From Bacteroidales bacterium (GTDB taxonomy: Bacteria > Bacteroidota > Bacteroidia > Bacteroidales > UBA7960), in contig JAWLCS010000004.1 in the NCBI GenBank assembly GCA_041687035.1, positions 34,077-98,076 of the forward strand: DNA of 64,000 nucleotides, given 5' to 3'. A program made the translations under genes and the position numbers. This document shows, one piece after another, positions 25,729 through 36,874 of this stretch; position 1 is the first letter of the stretch; each line of letters starts with the position of its first letter. A model generated the notes under the pieces. It was not told the DNA's origin. It did no database searches and worked only from the letters and a program-made list of their open reading frames with translations.

Positions 25729-26611
25729 CCCCGTACTGGCAGAGGCCGCTGTTGAAGGCCTGAACATTAGCCCCGGCGGTCGCTATGTAGACGCCACCTA
25801 TGGTGGCGGCGGGCATTCGGCAATCATCCTCGAAAAGCTTCCGCAAGGAAAACTCATTGCCTTCGATCAGGACAAGGATGCGGCTGCCAACGTACCCGAC
25901 GATGGGCGAATTTTCTTCCTGAATCAGAACTTCAGGTACATGAGGAACTTCCTTAAACTTTACGGGCAATTGCCCGTAGATGGCATCTTGGCCGACCTTG
26001 GCGTTTCTTCGCATCAATTCGACCAGGCTGAAAGGGGGTTCTCCACCCGCTTCGAGGGGCCACTCGACATGAGAATGAACCGCGAAGCCGGACTCACTGC
26101 AAGGGATGTGGTAAACGAATATCCTACCGAAAAGCTGGCCGACCTGTTTTTCCTTTACGGAGAGTTGCGAAATGCCTACAAGATTGCCGGCGCCATTGAC
26201 AAACAGCGGAAAATCGAGGCCTTCGACACCACTTCACAACTCACGGCCCTGCTTACCAGGCTGGCTCCCAGGGGAAAGGAAAACAAGTTTTTCGCCCAGG
26301 TTTTTCAGGCCCTGCGAATAGAGGTAAACCAGGAGCTAGACGCCTTGAAGGAGTTTCTGGAGCAAAGTGCCGATGTGCTCAAACCCGGTGGAAGACTGGT
26401 GGTTATAGCCTACCATTCACTGGAAGATCGCTTGGTAAAACACTTTATGAAGTCGGGCAATTTCAGGGGAGAAATTGAGAAGGACTTTTACGGCAACCCG
26501 CTCACGCCCATGGTGCCTGTAGGAAAAACCATAATGCCCGAGCAGGAAGAAATGGAGCGCAACAGCCGGGCACGCAGCGCGCGGCTTAGAATAGCAGAAA
26601 AAAGAGGATAA
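25712..26611 (+). CDS. rsmH: 16S rRNA (cytosine1402-N4)-methyltransferase
   Basis: HDPVLAEAAVEGL...YVDATYGGGGHS...ADLGVSSHQFD...YHSLEDRLVK. Confidence 0.92.
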   Translation: MKVYHDPVLAEAAVEGLNISPGGRYVDATYGGGGHSAIILEKLPQGKLIAFDQDKDAAANVPDDGRIFFLNQNFRYMRNFLKLYGQLPVDGILADLGVSSHQFDQAERGFSTRFEGPLDMRMNREAGLTARDVVNEYPTEKLADLFFLYGELRNAYKIAGAIDKQRKIEAFDTTSQLTALLTRLAPRGKENKFFAQVFQALRIEVNQELDALKEFLEQSADVLKPGGRLVVIAYHSLEDRLVKHFMKSGNFRGEIEKDFYGNPLTPMVPVGKTIMPEQEEMERNSRARSARLRIAEKRG

Positions 26612-26629
26612 AAAATTTAAGGGAAACAA

Positions 26630-27034
26630 ATGGGGGAAAACCAATACAGAAAAAGGAAGAAGGAAAAAACAGTAACCAAAAAGGGAGCTGTTTCGCGTTT
26701 CATCCAGTCGATGCTCGATGGCACCATGCTGACCCGCGACAAGGTGGGTGCCTTGTTGCCTTTTTTCTTTTTTCTGGCCGGGCTGGCCCTTTTCTTTATT
26801 TCAAACACCTATTACGCTGAAAAACAGGCGCGTGAGGTAGAAGCCCTGCGCAAAGAGATCGTAGAGCTGCGCACCCGTCATACCCTCACCAAGTCGGAGT
26901 TGATGTACTTGAGCAACCAGTCTGAAATTGGCCGCAGGTTGCAAAGCAGGGGCTTTGTGGAGTCCACCATACCACCCCGGCAGATTTCGGATCAAAGAAA
27001 CAATGCAAGTATTTTGAGAAAGTTGTTGAACTAG
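26630..27034 (+). CDS. FtsL-like cell-division protein (Bacteroidota type)
   Basis: It sits between rsmH and ftsI. It has a single TM helix (LLPFFFFLAGLALFFISNTYY) followed by a coiled coil (EKQAREVEALRKEIVELRTRH). Confidence 0.6.
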   Translation: MGENQYRKRKKEKTVTKKGAVSRFIQSMLDGTMLTRDKVGALLPFFFFLAGLALFFISNTYYAEKQAREVEALRKEIVELRTRHTLTKSELMYLSNQSEIGRRLQSRGFVESTIPPRQISDQRNNASILRKLLN

Positions 27035-27058
27035 CAAATTACGGCAGGCAAAATAGCA

Positions 27059-29158
27059 ATGGAAGAGAAGAAGGACATAATGCAACGCCTTTACCTGGTT
27101 TACTTCACCATGGTACTGCTGGGATTGGCCATCCTGGTAAAGGTTATCTATATCCAAACCGTTGAGGGTGACAAATGGCGCGAGCTGGCCAAAGCCTCGA
27201 CCATGCGGTACGAAAACATTGATGCCATAAGAGGCGACATTTGTGCCGAAGACGGCCGCTTGCTGGCTACCAGCGTGCCCATTTACGAAATCAGAATGGA
27301 TCTCAGCAAAGAAGTTGTTTCCAATGAGGTATTCAGGCAGGGTGTCGATTCGCTGGCTTTGAGGCTTTCGCAACTCTTTGGCGACAGGTCTAAAGCCCGG
27401 TATTTGTCTGAACTGACCAACGCCCGTAACCGAGGCGACCGATACTTCTTGGTTAAGCGCAATGTTTCCTACCATCAGCTACAGGTACTGCGCGACTTTC
27501 CCCTCTTCAGGCTGGGAAAATTCCGGGGAGGTTTCATTCCTATTGAGCGGGCCCGCCGCGAAATGCCCTACCGCACCATGGCACAACGCACCATTGGCTA
27601 CGAGCGCGAAGGAGTTTATGTGGGGCTGGAAGGCGCCTACCGCAGTGAGTTGGAAGGTATTCAGGGGAAGAGGCTCATGCAGCGCACCTCCGGGGGAAAT
27701 TGGGTGCCCATAAACGACGAAAACGAGATTCAACCAGAAAATGGCAAAGACCTCATCACTACCATTAATATTAGTATGCAGGACATTGTTGAAAATGCCC
27801 TGCTCAAGCAGCTTAACCGATCAGAGGCAGAGTTTGGCACCGCCGTGGTTATGGAGGTTTCTACCGGAAAAATCAAGGCTATATCCAACCTTACCCGCCG
27901 GCCCTCGGGCAACTACGAAGAAACTTTCAACTACGCCGTAGGCGAAAGTACTGAGCCCGGATCTACCTTCAAACTTGCCAGCATGATTGCCCTGCTGGAA
28001 GATGGCAAAGTTAAGCCCGACGAAATGGTGCATACCGGCAATGGAACCATTGCTTACGCCGACCGCGTGATGCGCGATGCCAAAGAGGGCGGGTTCGGAA
28101 GCATCACCGCCAGACATGCCTTCGAGGTTTCGTCGAACGTGGGCATATCGCAACTGGTGGTAAAAGCCTATAAGGACAAACCGCAACATTTTGTTGACAG
28201 ACTGAAGGCTATGGGCCTCGACAAACCACTGGGTCTGGAAATAACCGGGGAGGGACAGCCTTTTCTCAGCGACCCGAAGAGCTCATCATGGTCGGGTGTT
28301 TCACTTCCGTGGATGTCGATAGGCTACGGCGTTTCACTCACCCCCCTGCAAACTTTGGCTTTTTACAATGCAGTGGCCAATAACGGCCGCATGATGAAAC
28401 CCATGTTTGTGGAAGAAATCAGGCAAACCGGAAAAACCATAAGGCGCTTTCAGCCGCAAGTTATAAATCGCAGTATTGCCAGCAACTCAACCTTGGATTT
28501 AATCCGTGAGATGCTCATTGGAGTAGTCGAAAACGGCACTGCAAAAAATATTTACAGCCCACTCTACCCCATTGCCGGAAAAACCGGCACAGCACAGGTG
28601 GCGATGACCAGTCAGGGATATCGCAACGTGCTTGGGCGCACCTCCTATCGCTCGTCGTTTGTGGGTTACTTCCCCGCCGACCAGCCTGCCTATAGCATCA
28701 TCGTGGTAATACACAATCCAAGGGGGCTTTTGTACAGTGGGGGGCAGCTTGCTGCGCCTGTTTTCAAGGAAATTTCTGATAAAATTTTTGCCACCCAGCT
28801 GAATTACCCCCAACCCGATTTCGAAAACCTGCTGGCCTCGCTGCCGTCGTTCCGAAATGGCAATGCCGAAGATTTTCGCACGATCTATTCAGCTTTCGAC
28901 TGCAAACTTATTGACAATATTCAAAGCACCTGGGCCACCACCGTAGCCAAAAACGACACGGTGAGTTTCTGGGAAAAGAATTTTATTGAAAACCTGGTAC
29001 CCGACGTAGTAGGTATGGGACTTAAAGATGCCCTCTTCGTGCTGGAGAACGCAGGCCTTAAGGTACGCTTCAGCGGCCGCGGCACCGTAAGGCGGCAAAG
29101 CCTGCAACCCGGACTAAGAGTAAGTCTGGGCAACCAAATATACATTGAACTGAACTGA
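27059..29158 (+). CDS. ftsI: Class B penicillin-binding protein (division transpeptidase) with C-terminal PASTA domain
   Basis: Motifs STFK (PGSTFKLAS), SSN (EVSSNVG) and KTGT (AGKTGTAQV) are present. The C-terminus VPDVVGMGLKDALFVLENAGLKVRFSGRGTVRRQS is PASTA-like. Confidence 0.88.
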   Translation: MEEKKDIMQRLYLVYFTMVLLGLAILVKVIYIQTVEGDKWRELAKASTMRYENIDAIRGDICAEDGRLLATSVPIYEIRMDLSKEVVSNEVFRQGVDSLALRLSQLFGDRSKARYLSELTNARNRGDRYFLVKRNVSYHQLQVLRDFPLFRLGKFRGGFIPIERARREMPYRTMAQRTIGYEREGVYVGLEGAYRSELEGIQGKRLMQRTSGGNWVPINDENEIQPENGKDLITTINISMQDIVENALLKQLNRSEAEFGTAVVMEVSTGKIKAISNLTRRPSGNYEETFNYAVGESTEPGSTFKLASMIALLEDGKVKPDEMVHTGNGTIAYADRVMRDAKEGGFGSITARHAFEVSSNVGISQLVVKAYKDKPQHFVDRLKAMGLDKPLGLEITGEGQPFLSDPKSSSWSGVSLPWMSIGYGVSLTPLQTLAFYNAVANNGRMMKPMFVEEIRQTGKTIRRFQPQVINRSIASNSTLDLIREMLIGVVENGTAKNIYSPLYPIAGKTGTAQVAMTSQGYRNVLGRTSYRSSFVGYFPADQPAYSIIVVIHNPRGLLYSGGQLAAPVFKEISDKIFATQLNYPQPDFENLLASLPSFRNGNAEDFRTIYSAFDCKLIDNIQSTWATTVAKNDTVSFWEKNFIENLVPDVVGMGLKDALFVLENAGLKVRFSGRGTVRRQSLQPGLRVSLGNQIYIELN

Positions 29159-29168
29159 TTCTTTCGAA

Positions 29169-30620
29169 GTGAGAAACCTACGCGACATATTATATAAAGC
29201 TGATCTGCTCGAAACCTATGGGCTACTTGACAGGGAAGTGCTTGCTGTGGATTTCGACTCGCGTAAGGTCAGGCCCGGAACTTTGTTTGTTGCGGTAAAA
29301 GGTCTCACCACCGATGGGCACCTGTATATTGATAAAGCCATTGAAAGCGGCGCCACGGCCATCGTTTGCCAGGAGATACCCGAGAAAATCAGCGAAAAGG
29401 CCACAATTATAAAGGTAAAAGATTCGGCCCTTGCACTGGGAATTATTGCTTCGAACTTTTTTGGCAATCCTTCCGAAAAGATTAGGCTTGTTGGAGTAAC
29501 AGGAACCAATGGCAAGACTACGGTGGTAACCTTGCTCCATGACTTGTTCACACAATTGGGATATGTATGTGGTATGATTTCCACGGTTCACAACCTGGTG
29601 GGCAAAGAGGAGCTAGCGGCAAGTTACACCACCCCCGACCCGGTGCAGCTAAACAAATTACTCAGCCAAATGGTGGAAAAGGGCTGTGAGTTTGCCTTTA
29701 TGGAAGTAAGCTCTCACGCTGTAGCCCAACAACGTATTGCCGGGGTTCATTTTGCCGGTGGCGTTTTCACAAACCTGACACACGACCACCTGGATTTTCA
29801 CAAAACCTTCAGTGAATACCTGAAAGCCAAAAAAACCTTCTTCGACCAGCTCGATGCAAAGGCTTTTGCCATTACCAATATCGATGACAAGAACGGCTGG
29901 GTTATGCTGCAAAATACCCGAGCCGGCAAAAAGACTTACAGCCTTCGAGCCATTGCCGACTTTAAGGGCAAGGTACTCGAAAATGGTTTTGCTGGCCAGC
30001 AGCTGCTGGTCGAGGGCCGGGAGGTTTGGTGTAAGCTGGTGGGCGAGTTTAATGCCTACAACCTTTTGGCGGTTTATGCCGCGGCCCGCATGCTGGGGCA
30101 AGAATCTGAAGAGGTGCTTACGGCACTGAGCAGCTGCCGCCCCGCCGAGGGGCGCTTCGACTTTTTCAACGGAAGGGATCATATTATTGGCATTGTAGAT
30201 TACGCCCATACCCCCGATGCACTGGAAAACGTGCTGAACACCATCGGGAGCCTGCGCACCGGAACAGAAAAACTCATTACCGTGGTGGGATGCGGTGGGA
30301 ACCGCGACGCCGCCAAGCGCCCGGCTATGGCAGCCATTGCCGCCAGGCTGAGCACCAAGGTAATACTCACCAGCGACAATCCCCGCTTCGAAGATCCGGA
30401 AAAAATAATCGAAGACATGAAATCAGGCCTCGACCCGGTGAGCAGCCGCCGCGCCATTACCGTGATAAATCGCCGCGAAGCAATTAATGCCGCCTGCGCT
30501 ATGGCAGACCCAGGCGACATTATCCTGATAGCCGGCAAAGGACATGAGAAATACCAGGAGATCAAGGGAGTGAAACACCCTTTTGACGACAAAGAAATTT
30601 TACTGGAATACCTGGCCTAA
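29169..30620 (+). CDS. murE: UDP-N-acetylmuramoyl-L-alanyl-D-glutamate--2,6-diaminopimelate ligase
   Basis: GTG start. GVTGTNGKTT P-loop, TSDNPRFEDP (the DNPR motif associated with meso-DAP-adding MurE) and the Mur ligase C-domain are present. Confidence 0.92.
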   Translation: MRNLRDILYKADLLETYGLLDREVLAVDFDSRKVRPGTLFVAVKGLTTDGHLYIDKAIESGATAIVCQEIPEKISEKATIIKVKDSALALGIIASNFFGNPSEKIRLVGVTGTNGKTTVVTLLHDLFTQLGYVCGMISTVHNLVGKEELAASYTTPDPVQLNKLLSQMVEKGCEFAFMEVSSHAVAQQRIAGVHFAGGVFTNLTHDHLDFHKTFSEYLKAKKTFFDQLDAKAFAITNIDDKNGWVMLQNTRAGKKTYSLRAIADFKGKVLENGFAGQQLLVEGREVWCKLVGEFNAYNLLAVYAAARMLGQESEEVLTALSSCRPAEGRFDFFNGRDHIIGIVDYAHTPDALENVLNTIGSLRTGTEKLITVVGCGGNRDAAKRPAMAAIAARLSTKVILTSDNPRFEDPEKIIEDMKSGLDPVSSRRAITVINRREAINAACAMADPGDIILIAGKGHEKYQEIKGVKHPFDDKEILLEYLA

Positions 30621-30651
30621 AAACTGAAACAACAAAAAAAAGAGCAGAAAG

Positions 30652-31908
30652 ATGCTGTATTACTTGTTCGAATACCTGGATAAAGCCTTTGACATTCCCG
30701 GCACGGGGGTGTTTCAGTATATCTCGTTCAGGGCAGGCATGGCGGTGATCTTTTCACTCTTTATCACCATGATCTCGGGCCGTCGCATAATCCGCCTTCT
30801 GCAGAAAAAGCAGGTGGGCGAAGAGGTGAGAAACCTCGGACTGGAAGGGCAAATGAAAAAACAGGGGACACCAACCATGGGGGGAATAATAATTATAGCC
30901 GCCATTGTAATACCTACCCTGCTGTTTGCCAGAATCGACAATATTTACATTATCCTGATGCTGGTTTCGACTATCTGGCTGGGGATTATCGGCTTTATTG
31001 ACGATTATATCAAAGTTTTCAAAAAAGACAAAAAAGGCCTTCACGGTAAGTTTAAGATACTGGGACAGATCACCCTGGGCATCATTGTTGGTGCCACCCT
31101 GTATTTTAACGATTCGGTGGTAATTCGCGAAAAAGGTCATGAGCCCCTTGCTTTTGAAACAACCAGCGAAATACTGGTAATAGATGATGCAGCAAGCCCG
31201 GCAGCAACTTTTTCAAAGGAATCAGTAAAATCGACCAAAACCACGATCCCCTTTTTCAAGAACAACGAATTTGATTATGCCGTTTTGCTCAGGTTTCTGG
31301 GGGCGGGCTACACCAAGTGGGCCTTTCTGATATTTATCCCTATTGTCATCCTCATTATTACCGCAGTTTCAAACGGTGCCAACATTACCGACGGGCTCGA
31401 TGGACTGGCCACGGGCACCTCGGCTATTATCGGGGTAACCCTTGGGGTGTTGGCTTATGTTTCGGGCAACACCGTTTTTGCCAACTACCTCAACATCATG
31501 TACATACCCATGACGGGCGAGCTGGTAATCTTTATTGCCGCCTTTGTGGGCGCCTGTATTGGCTTTTTGTGGTACAACACCTACCCGGCCCAGGTCTTTA
31601 TGGGCGACACCGGCAGCCTGGCCCTTGGCGGTATTATTGCCGTGTTTGCCATAGTGATACGTAAGGAGCTGCTTATACCAGTGCTGTGCGGGGTGTTTTT
31701 TATCGAGAACCTCTCGGTGGTTATGCAGGTAAGCTGGTTTAAATATACCAAAAGGCGCTTTGGCGAAGGACGGCGCATTTTTAAAATGGCCCCCCTGCAC
31801 CACCACTATCAGTTGCTGGGCTACCACGAAGCCAAGATTGTACAGCGCTTTTTAATTGTGGGCATCATACTGGCGGTGTTCAGTGTGATTACCCTGAAAC
31901 TGAGGTAA
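30652..31908 (+). CDS. mraY: Phospho-N-acetylmuramoyl-pentapeptide transferase
   Basis: [35 protein letters not shown] and APLHHH are present, along with about 10 TM segments. Confidence 0.95.
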   Translation: MLYYLFEYLDKAFDIPGTGVFQYISFRAGMAVIFSLFITMISGRRIIRLLQKKQVGEEVRNLGLEGQMKKQGTPTMGGIIIIAAIVIPTLLFARIDNIYIILMLVSTIWLGIIGFIDDYIKVFKKDKKGLHGKFKILGQITLGIIVGATLYFNDSVVIREKGHEPLAFETTSEILVIDDAASPAATFSKESVKSTKTTIPFFKNNEFDYAVLLRFLGAGYTKWAFLIFIPIVILIITAVSNGANITDGLDGLATGTSAIIGVTLGVLAYVSGNTVFANYLNIMYIPMTGELVIFIAAFVGACIGFLWYNTYPAQVFMGDTGSLALGGIIAVFAIVIRKELLIPVLCGVFFIENLSVVMQVSWFKYTKRRFGEGRRIFKMAPLHHHYQLLGYHEAKIVQRFLIVGIILAVFSVITLKLR

Positions 31909-31913
31909 AAAGA

Positions 31914-33254
31914 ATGAGTGGGCGGCTGGTCATACTGGGAGCAGGAGAAAGCGGAACAGGAACAGCCATTCTGGCCCGCAAAAAAGGATGGGAAGTGTTT
32001 GTTTCGGACTTGAAGCCCATAAAAAAACATTACAAGAACGCTCTTTTACATAATGATATAAGCTGGGAAGAAGGGAAGCATTCGGAATCGCAGATCCTGA
32101 AGTCCGACGAGGTGATGAAAAGCCCAGGCATACCCGATTGGGTGCCTGTGGTGAAAGCCATTCGCGACAAAGGCATTCCGGTGGTTTCAGAAATTGAGTT
32201 TGCCGGCAGGTATACCAATGCAAAAACTATTTGCATTACGGGCAGCAACGGTAAAACCACCACCACCCTGCTTACGGGCCATATCCTGCAAAAAGCGGGA
32301 CTAAACGTGGGAATTGCCGGTAATGTGGGGAGCAGTTTTGCCTGGCAGGTAGCCGAGCAGCAGCATGATGTGTATGTGCTGGAAATTTCATCATTCCAAC
32401 TCGATGGAATGACTGATTTCAGGGCCGATATAGCCGTACTGCTAAACATTACGCCCGACCACCTCGACCGATACGACCACAGCTTTGAAAAATACATTGC
32501 ATCGAAGCTTCGCATTACGCAAAACCAGGAACCCGAACAGCACTGCATCTTTTGTGCTGACGACCCGGTGCTCCAAACGAAGATGGTGCAAAAAAATGAT
32601 GGACCACGGCTTATCCCTTTTAGCATTAAACAATCGCTGAAAGAAGGAGCTTGGACTGATAGGAACGGAAAACTGATTATTAACTTAAATACTGGGGAAT
32701 TCAAAATGGATATCCTTGAACTGAGCCTGAAGGGAAGACATAATATTTACAACAGCATGGCAAGCGGCATAGCCGCCCGCCTGCTCGATATCCGCAAGGA
32801 GGTGATACGCGAAGGCCTTAGTGACTTCCAGAACGTAGAACACAGGCTGGAGCCCCTTGGCTTTGTGCGTGGCATTGAGTTCATTAACGACAGCAAGGCC
32901 ACCAATGTTAACTCCACCTGGTATGCCCTGGAGTCGATGAACAAGCCGGTGATATGGGTGGTGGGTGGACAGGACAAAGGCAACGACTACAGCGGCTTGC
33001 TCGAATTGGTAGAGAAAAAAGTAAAGGCCATAGTATGCCTGGGTAAGGACAACCGCCGCATCAAAGAAGTGTTTGGAGCCATTGTCCCCGCCATTTTTGA
33101 AACCCGAACTGCCCGCGATGCCGTAAAGGCAGCCTTTCTGGCAGGAGTGCCAGGCGATGTAGTGCTGCTTTCGCCGGCTTGCGCAAGCTTCGACCTCTTC
33201 GAAAACTTCGAGGACCGCGGCAAGCAGTTTAAGCAGGCAGTATATGATTTGTAA
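31914..33254 (+). CDS. murD: UDP-N-acetylmuramoylalanine--D-glutamate ligase
   Basis: VILGAGESGTG, ITGSNGKTTTT and the Mur ligase domains are present. Confidence 0.92.
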   Translation: MSGRLVILGAGESGTGTAILARKKGWEVFVSDLKPIKKHYKNALLHNDISWEEGKHSESQILKSDEVMKSPGIPDWVPVVKAIRDKGIPVVSEIEFAGRYTNAKTICITGSNGKTTTTLLTGHILQKAGLNVGIAGNVGSSFAWQVAEQQHDVYVLEISSFQLDGMTDFRADIAVLLNITPDHLDRYDHSFEKYIASKLRITQNQEPEQHCIFCADDPVLQTKMVQKNDGPRLIPFSIKQSLKEGAWTDRNGKLIINLNTGEFKMDILELSLKGRHNIYNSMASGIAARLLDIRKEVIREGLSDFQNVEHRLEPLGFVRGIEFINDSKATNVNSTWYALESMNKPVIWVVGGQDKGNDYSGLLELVEKKVKAIVCLGKDNRRIKEVFGAIVPAIFETRTARDAVKAAFLAGVPGDVVLLSPACASFDLFENFEDRGKQFKQAVYDL

Positions 33255-33266
33255 AAAAATAGTAAG

Positions 33267-34415
33267 ATGAATAAAGTGTTGGAAAAAATAAAAGGAGACA
33301 GGGCCATCTGGATGGTGGTGATTTTCCTGTCCATCCTATCTCTGCTGGCGGTTTACAGCTCAACCGGCACCCTGGCCTATAAATACCGTTCAGGAAATAC
33401 AGAGTATTACATCATCAAACACTTTATAATTATGCTGCTTGGCCTGGGGCTCATGTTGCTTGCCAGCCGCATTAAATATACCTATTATTCACGCATCTCT
33501 CAACTGGCCCTGTGGGTGGCTGCGCCCTTGCTGCTGCTTACCCTGGTAAGAGGCACCAACATTAACGAAGCGAGTCGCTGGCTTACCCTCCCCATTATCA
33601 ACATAAGTTTTCAAAGTTCAGACTTTGCCAAGCTGGCACTGATAATGTACGTAGCCAGGATGCTGACAAAGAAACAAGAGACTATTAAAGATTTCAAGGA
33701 AGCCTTTGTACCGGTGTTGATTCCTGTGCTGATAATTACCATGCTGATTCTTCCGGCCAACCTCTCTACTGCTGCCATTCTCTTCGCCACCAGCATCATT
33801 TTGATGTTTATTGGCGGCGTAAACATAAAATACCTCGCAGCATTCGGCGGCATTGGCGTGTTAAGCCTTCTGCTTTTTGTTTTTGTAGCTTCAAAAATGC
33901 CCGAAAGCAGGGTTTCTGTGTGGGGCAAGCGAATGACAACTTTTGTCACCAATACAGGCGATACTTATCAGACCCAGCAGGCCAAAATTGCCATTGCCTC
34001 TGGTGGCGTCATCGGAAAAATGCCAGGAAACTCCACCCAGCGTAATTTCCTGCCCCATGCCTACTCCGACTTTATTTATGCCATTATTATTGAAGAATAT
34101 GGTTTTATCGGTGGTTTCTTTGTGCTGCTGCTGTATCTCATCTTGTTTTACCGCGCCATAAAAATCTCCAAACAAAGCCCCGGCACGTTCGGGGCATTGC
34201 TGGTGGCTGGTTTGAGTTTTAGCCTGGTATTTCAGGCCATGATCAACATGGCCGTGGCAGTAAGTATTTTCCCGGTAACGGGCCAGCCCCTGCCGCTGAT
34301 CAGTATGGGCGGCACATCGCTTTGGTTTTCGAGCCTGGCCATTGGTATCATTTTAAGTGTTAGCCGAAAAGTTGAAGAAGACGAGTTAAATGGAAGAGCA
34401 ATTGCAACAAGCTGA
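33267..34415 (+). CDS. ftsW: SEDS-family peptidoglycan polymerase FtsW
   Basis: It is polytopic and carries FQSSDFAKLALIMYVA and FPVTGQPLPLISMGGTS. Confidence 0.9.
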   Translation: MNKVLEKIKGDRAIWMVVIFLSILSLLAVYSSTGTLAYKYRSGNTEYYIIKHFIIMLLGLGLMLLASRIKYTYYSRISQLALWVAAPLLLLTLVRGTNINEASRWLTLPIINISFQSSDFAKLALIMYVARMLTKKQETIKDFKEAFVPVLIPVLIITMLILPANLSTAAILFATSIILMFIGGVNIKYLAAFGGIGVLSLLLFVFVASKMPESRVSVWGKRMTTFVTNTGDTYQTQQAKIAIASGGVIGKMPGNSTQRNFLPHAYSDFIYAIIIEEYGFIGGFFVLLLYLILFYRAIKISKQSPGTFGALLVAGLSFSLVFQAMINMAVAVSIFPVTGQPLPLISMGGTSLWFSSLAIGIILSVSRKVEEDELNGRAIATS

Positions 34416-35514
34416 GGTGCTGCGGGTAATCATTGCCGGCGGAGGAACCGGGGGCCATGTGTTCCCGGCTATTGCCATTGGCCTGGCCATCAAAAAGAAG
34501 GTATACAATGCCAAAATTCTTTTTGTAGGGGCAAAAGGCCGTATGGAGATGAAAAAGGTTCCCGCCGCAGGTTTCCATATAATAGGACTCAATATTTCAG
34601 GTTTGCAGCGCAGGCTCACCTGGAAAAACCTGCAGGTCCCCTTTAAGCTGTGCGACAGTATGATAAAGGCCAGGAACATTGTAAAACGCTTCAAACCCGA
34701 TGTGGTAATCGGCGTGGGAGGCTATGCCAGCGGGCCTTTGGTAAGGGCTGCAGCAAAACAGGGAATTCCTACCCTTATACAGGAGCAGAATTCATTCCCG
34801 GGCCTCACCAACCGCATCCTGGGCAAAAAAGCCAATAAGATTTGTGTGGCCTACGATGGTATGGAGCGTTTCTTTGACAAGTCAAAGCTTTTCCTTACGG
34901 GAAACCCGGTAAGGCAGGACATAGTAAGCCTGGAGGGTAAATACGAAGAAGCCCTGACCTTCTTTGGCTTTTCGCCAGACAAGCCTGTGCTTTTCATTAC
35001 CGGAGGCAGTCTGGGCGCCCGCACCATCAACGAAAGCATCAGCAAAAACCTTGAGCTTTTTGTGCAAAACGGCATACAGGTGATATGGCAAACCGGCACC
35101 AGTTACTACCAGCAGGCCCTTGACCAGGCCAAGAGTTATGAAAAGGGCGTGTATGTGAACCAGTTTATCGATCGCATGGACTTTGCCTATGCTGCAGCCG
35201 ACGCCGTGGTGAGTCGCGCCGGTGCCATTGCAGTATCTGAAATATGCGCTGTGCAAAAGCCGGCTATTCTTATCCCTTCGCCCAATGTGGCCGAAGACCA
35301 CCAAACAAAAAATGCACTGGCACTGGTAAATCACCATGCGGCCATATTGGTAAAAGACAGTGAGGCCACAGAAAAACTGGGACCGGTGGTGCTCGACCTG
35401 ATGAAAGACGAAGAAAAGAAATTCAGGCTGAAGGAACGCCTGGTAGGGCTATCGTTTCGCGATGCGGCCGATGTAATTGCCGGTGTGGCCCTTAGTCTTA
35501 ATAAAACAAAATAA
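34390..35514 (+). CDS. murG: UDP-N-acetylglucosamine--N-acetylmuramyl-(pentapeptide) pyrophosphoryl-undecaprenol GlcNAc transferase
   Basis: IIAGGGTGGHVFPAIA, ITGGSLGA and DHQTKNA are present. An alternative in-frame GTG start at 34417 would remove the 26-nt overlap with ftsW. Confidence 0.92.
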   Translation: MEEQLQQAEVLRVIIAGGGTGGHVFPAIAIGLAIKKKVYNAKILFVGAKGRMEMKKVPAAGFHIIGLNISGLQRRLTWKNLQVPFKLCDSMIKARNIVKRFKPDVVIGVGGYASGPLVRAAAKQGIPTLIQEQNSFPGLTNRILGKKANKICVAYDGMERFFDKSKLFLTGNPVRQDIVSLEGKYEEALTFFGFSPDKPVLFITGGSLGARTINESISKNLELFVQNGIQVIWQTGTSYYQQALDQAKSYEKGVYVNQFIDRMDFAYAAADAVVSRAGAIAVSEICAVQKPAILIPSPNVAEDHQTKNALALVNHHAAILVKDSEATEKLGPVVLDLMKDEEKKFRLKERLVGLSFRDAADVIAGVALSLNKTK

Positions 35515-35515
35515 A

Positions 35516-36874
35516 ATGGACCTGAACCGCTTACATAACATCTTTTTCCTGGGTATTGGCGGCATTGGCATGAGCGCCCTTGCACGCTATTTCCATGCCC
35601 GGGGAATAGCCGTAAGCGGTTACGACCGAACCCCCTCACCTATTACCGAGGCATTGCAAAACGAAGGCATCAAAGTTTGGTTTGAGGATCAGGAGAGTAT
35701 CCTTCCCCCACAGATCGACCTGGCCGTTTACACCCCTGCAGTGCCCAAAAACGCCATTTTGTTTGCCGCGCTTTCTGCGAAAAGCGTGCCCCTGATCAAA
35801 CGTGCTGAACTGCTTGGCCTAATTTCAGGCCAAGTGCCCACCATTGCCGTTGCCGGCACCCATGGAAAAACTACCATCAGCACCATGGTGGCCCATATTC
35901 TAATAACTGCAGGCATTAGAACCTCTGCCTTCCTCGGAGGTATCAGCACCAACTACCAAACCAATTACCTGGGCGATGAGCAGCCAGAGTGGATGGTTGT
36001 GGAAGCGGATGAATTTGATCGATCATTCCTGAACCTCAGGCCCGAAATTGCACTCATAAGTGCCATGGACGCCGATCACCTCGACATTTACGGCACGAAA
36101 GAAGCACTGCAGGACAGCTTCGCTGAGTTTGCCAAACGAATTAAGCCCGGCGGAACACTGCTTATGAAAAAAGGCCTCAGCGCAGGTCAGGCTTTTTCGG
36201 GTCGCACATTGACCTATCATACAGAACTGGATGCCGATTTTATTGCAAAAGACATTGAAGTAAAGGAAGGCCATTACTTTGCAGCTATTGATGGCTTGCT
36301 CCAGACCAGCCAGTTTGTGCTTGGCCTGCCGGGGCGCCACAATCTTGAAAATGCGCTGGGTGCCGCCGCCATTGCCTGGTCAATGGGCATCGAAACCAAC
36401 CACATAACCCATGCTTTATCCACCTTCAGGGGGGTGAAGCGTCGCTTCGAAACCTGCTACCAGGGTCAACAAACGGTATTTATTGATGATTATGCCCATC
36501 ACCCTGAGGAAATCAGGGCTTGCATTGAGGCAGTTAGAGAATTATACCCAGGCCGGAAGATCACAGCCATTTTCCAGCCACACCTCTACAGCCGCACCCG
36601 CGACCTTGCTCAGCAATTTGCCCAAAGCCTGGCACTGGCCGATCGACTGTTGCTGCTCGACATTTATCCCGCAAGGGAATTGCCAATAGAAGGCGTAACA
36701 TCTAAGAGGCTGCTCGATAAAATCGGCATGACCGAAAAGAAACTTTTAAATAAAGATGACATCCTGCCGGAGTTAGAAAGAAATCATCCGGAGGTTTTGC
36801 TAACCATGGGCGCCGGCGACATTGACCGCCTGGTACCTGACATTGCAACATTTTTGAAAAACAAAGGATTATGA
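35516..36874 (+). CDS. murC: UDP-N-acetylmuramate--L-alanine ligase
   Basis: I used the internal ATG 35516, one nt after the murG stop. FLGIGGIGMSALARYF and AGTHGKTTIS are present. Confidence 0.92.
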   Translation: MDLNRLHNIFFLGIGGIGMSALARYFHARGIAVSGYDRTPSPITEALQNEGIKVWFEDQESILPPQIDLAVYTPAVPKNAILFAALSAKSVPLIKRAELLGLISGQVPTIAVAGTHGKTTISTMVAHILITAGIRTSAFLGGISTNYQTNYLGDEQPEWMVVEADEFDRSFLNLRPEIALISAMDADHLDIYGTKEALQDSFAEFAKRIKPGGTLLMKKGLSAGQAFSGRTLTYHTELDADFIAKDIEVKEGHYFAAIDGLLQTSQFVLGLPGRHNLENALGAAAIAWSMGIETNHITHALSTFRGVKRRFETCYQGQQTVFIDDYAHHPEEIRACIEAVRELYPGRKITAIFQPHLYSRTRDLAQQFAQSLALADRLLLLDIYPARELPIEGVTSKRLLDKIGMTEKKLLNKDDILPELERNHPEVLLTMGAGDIDRLVPDIATFLKNKGL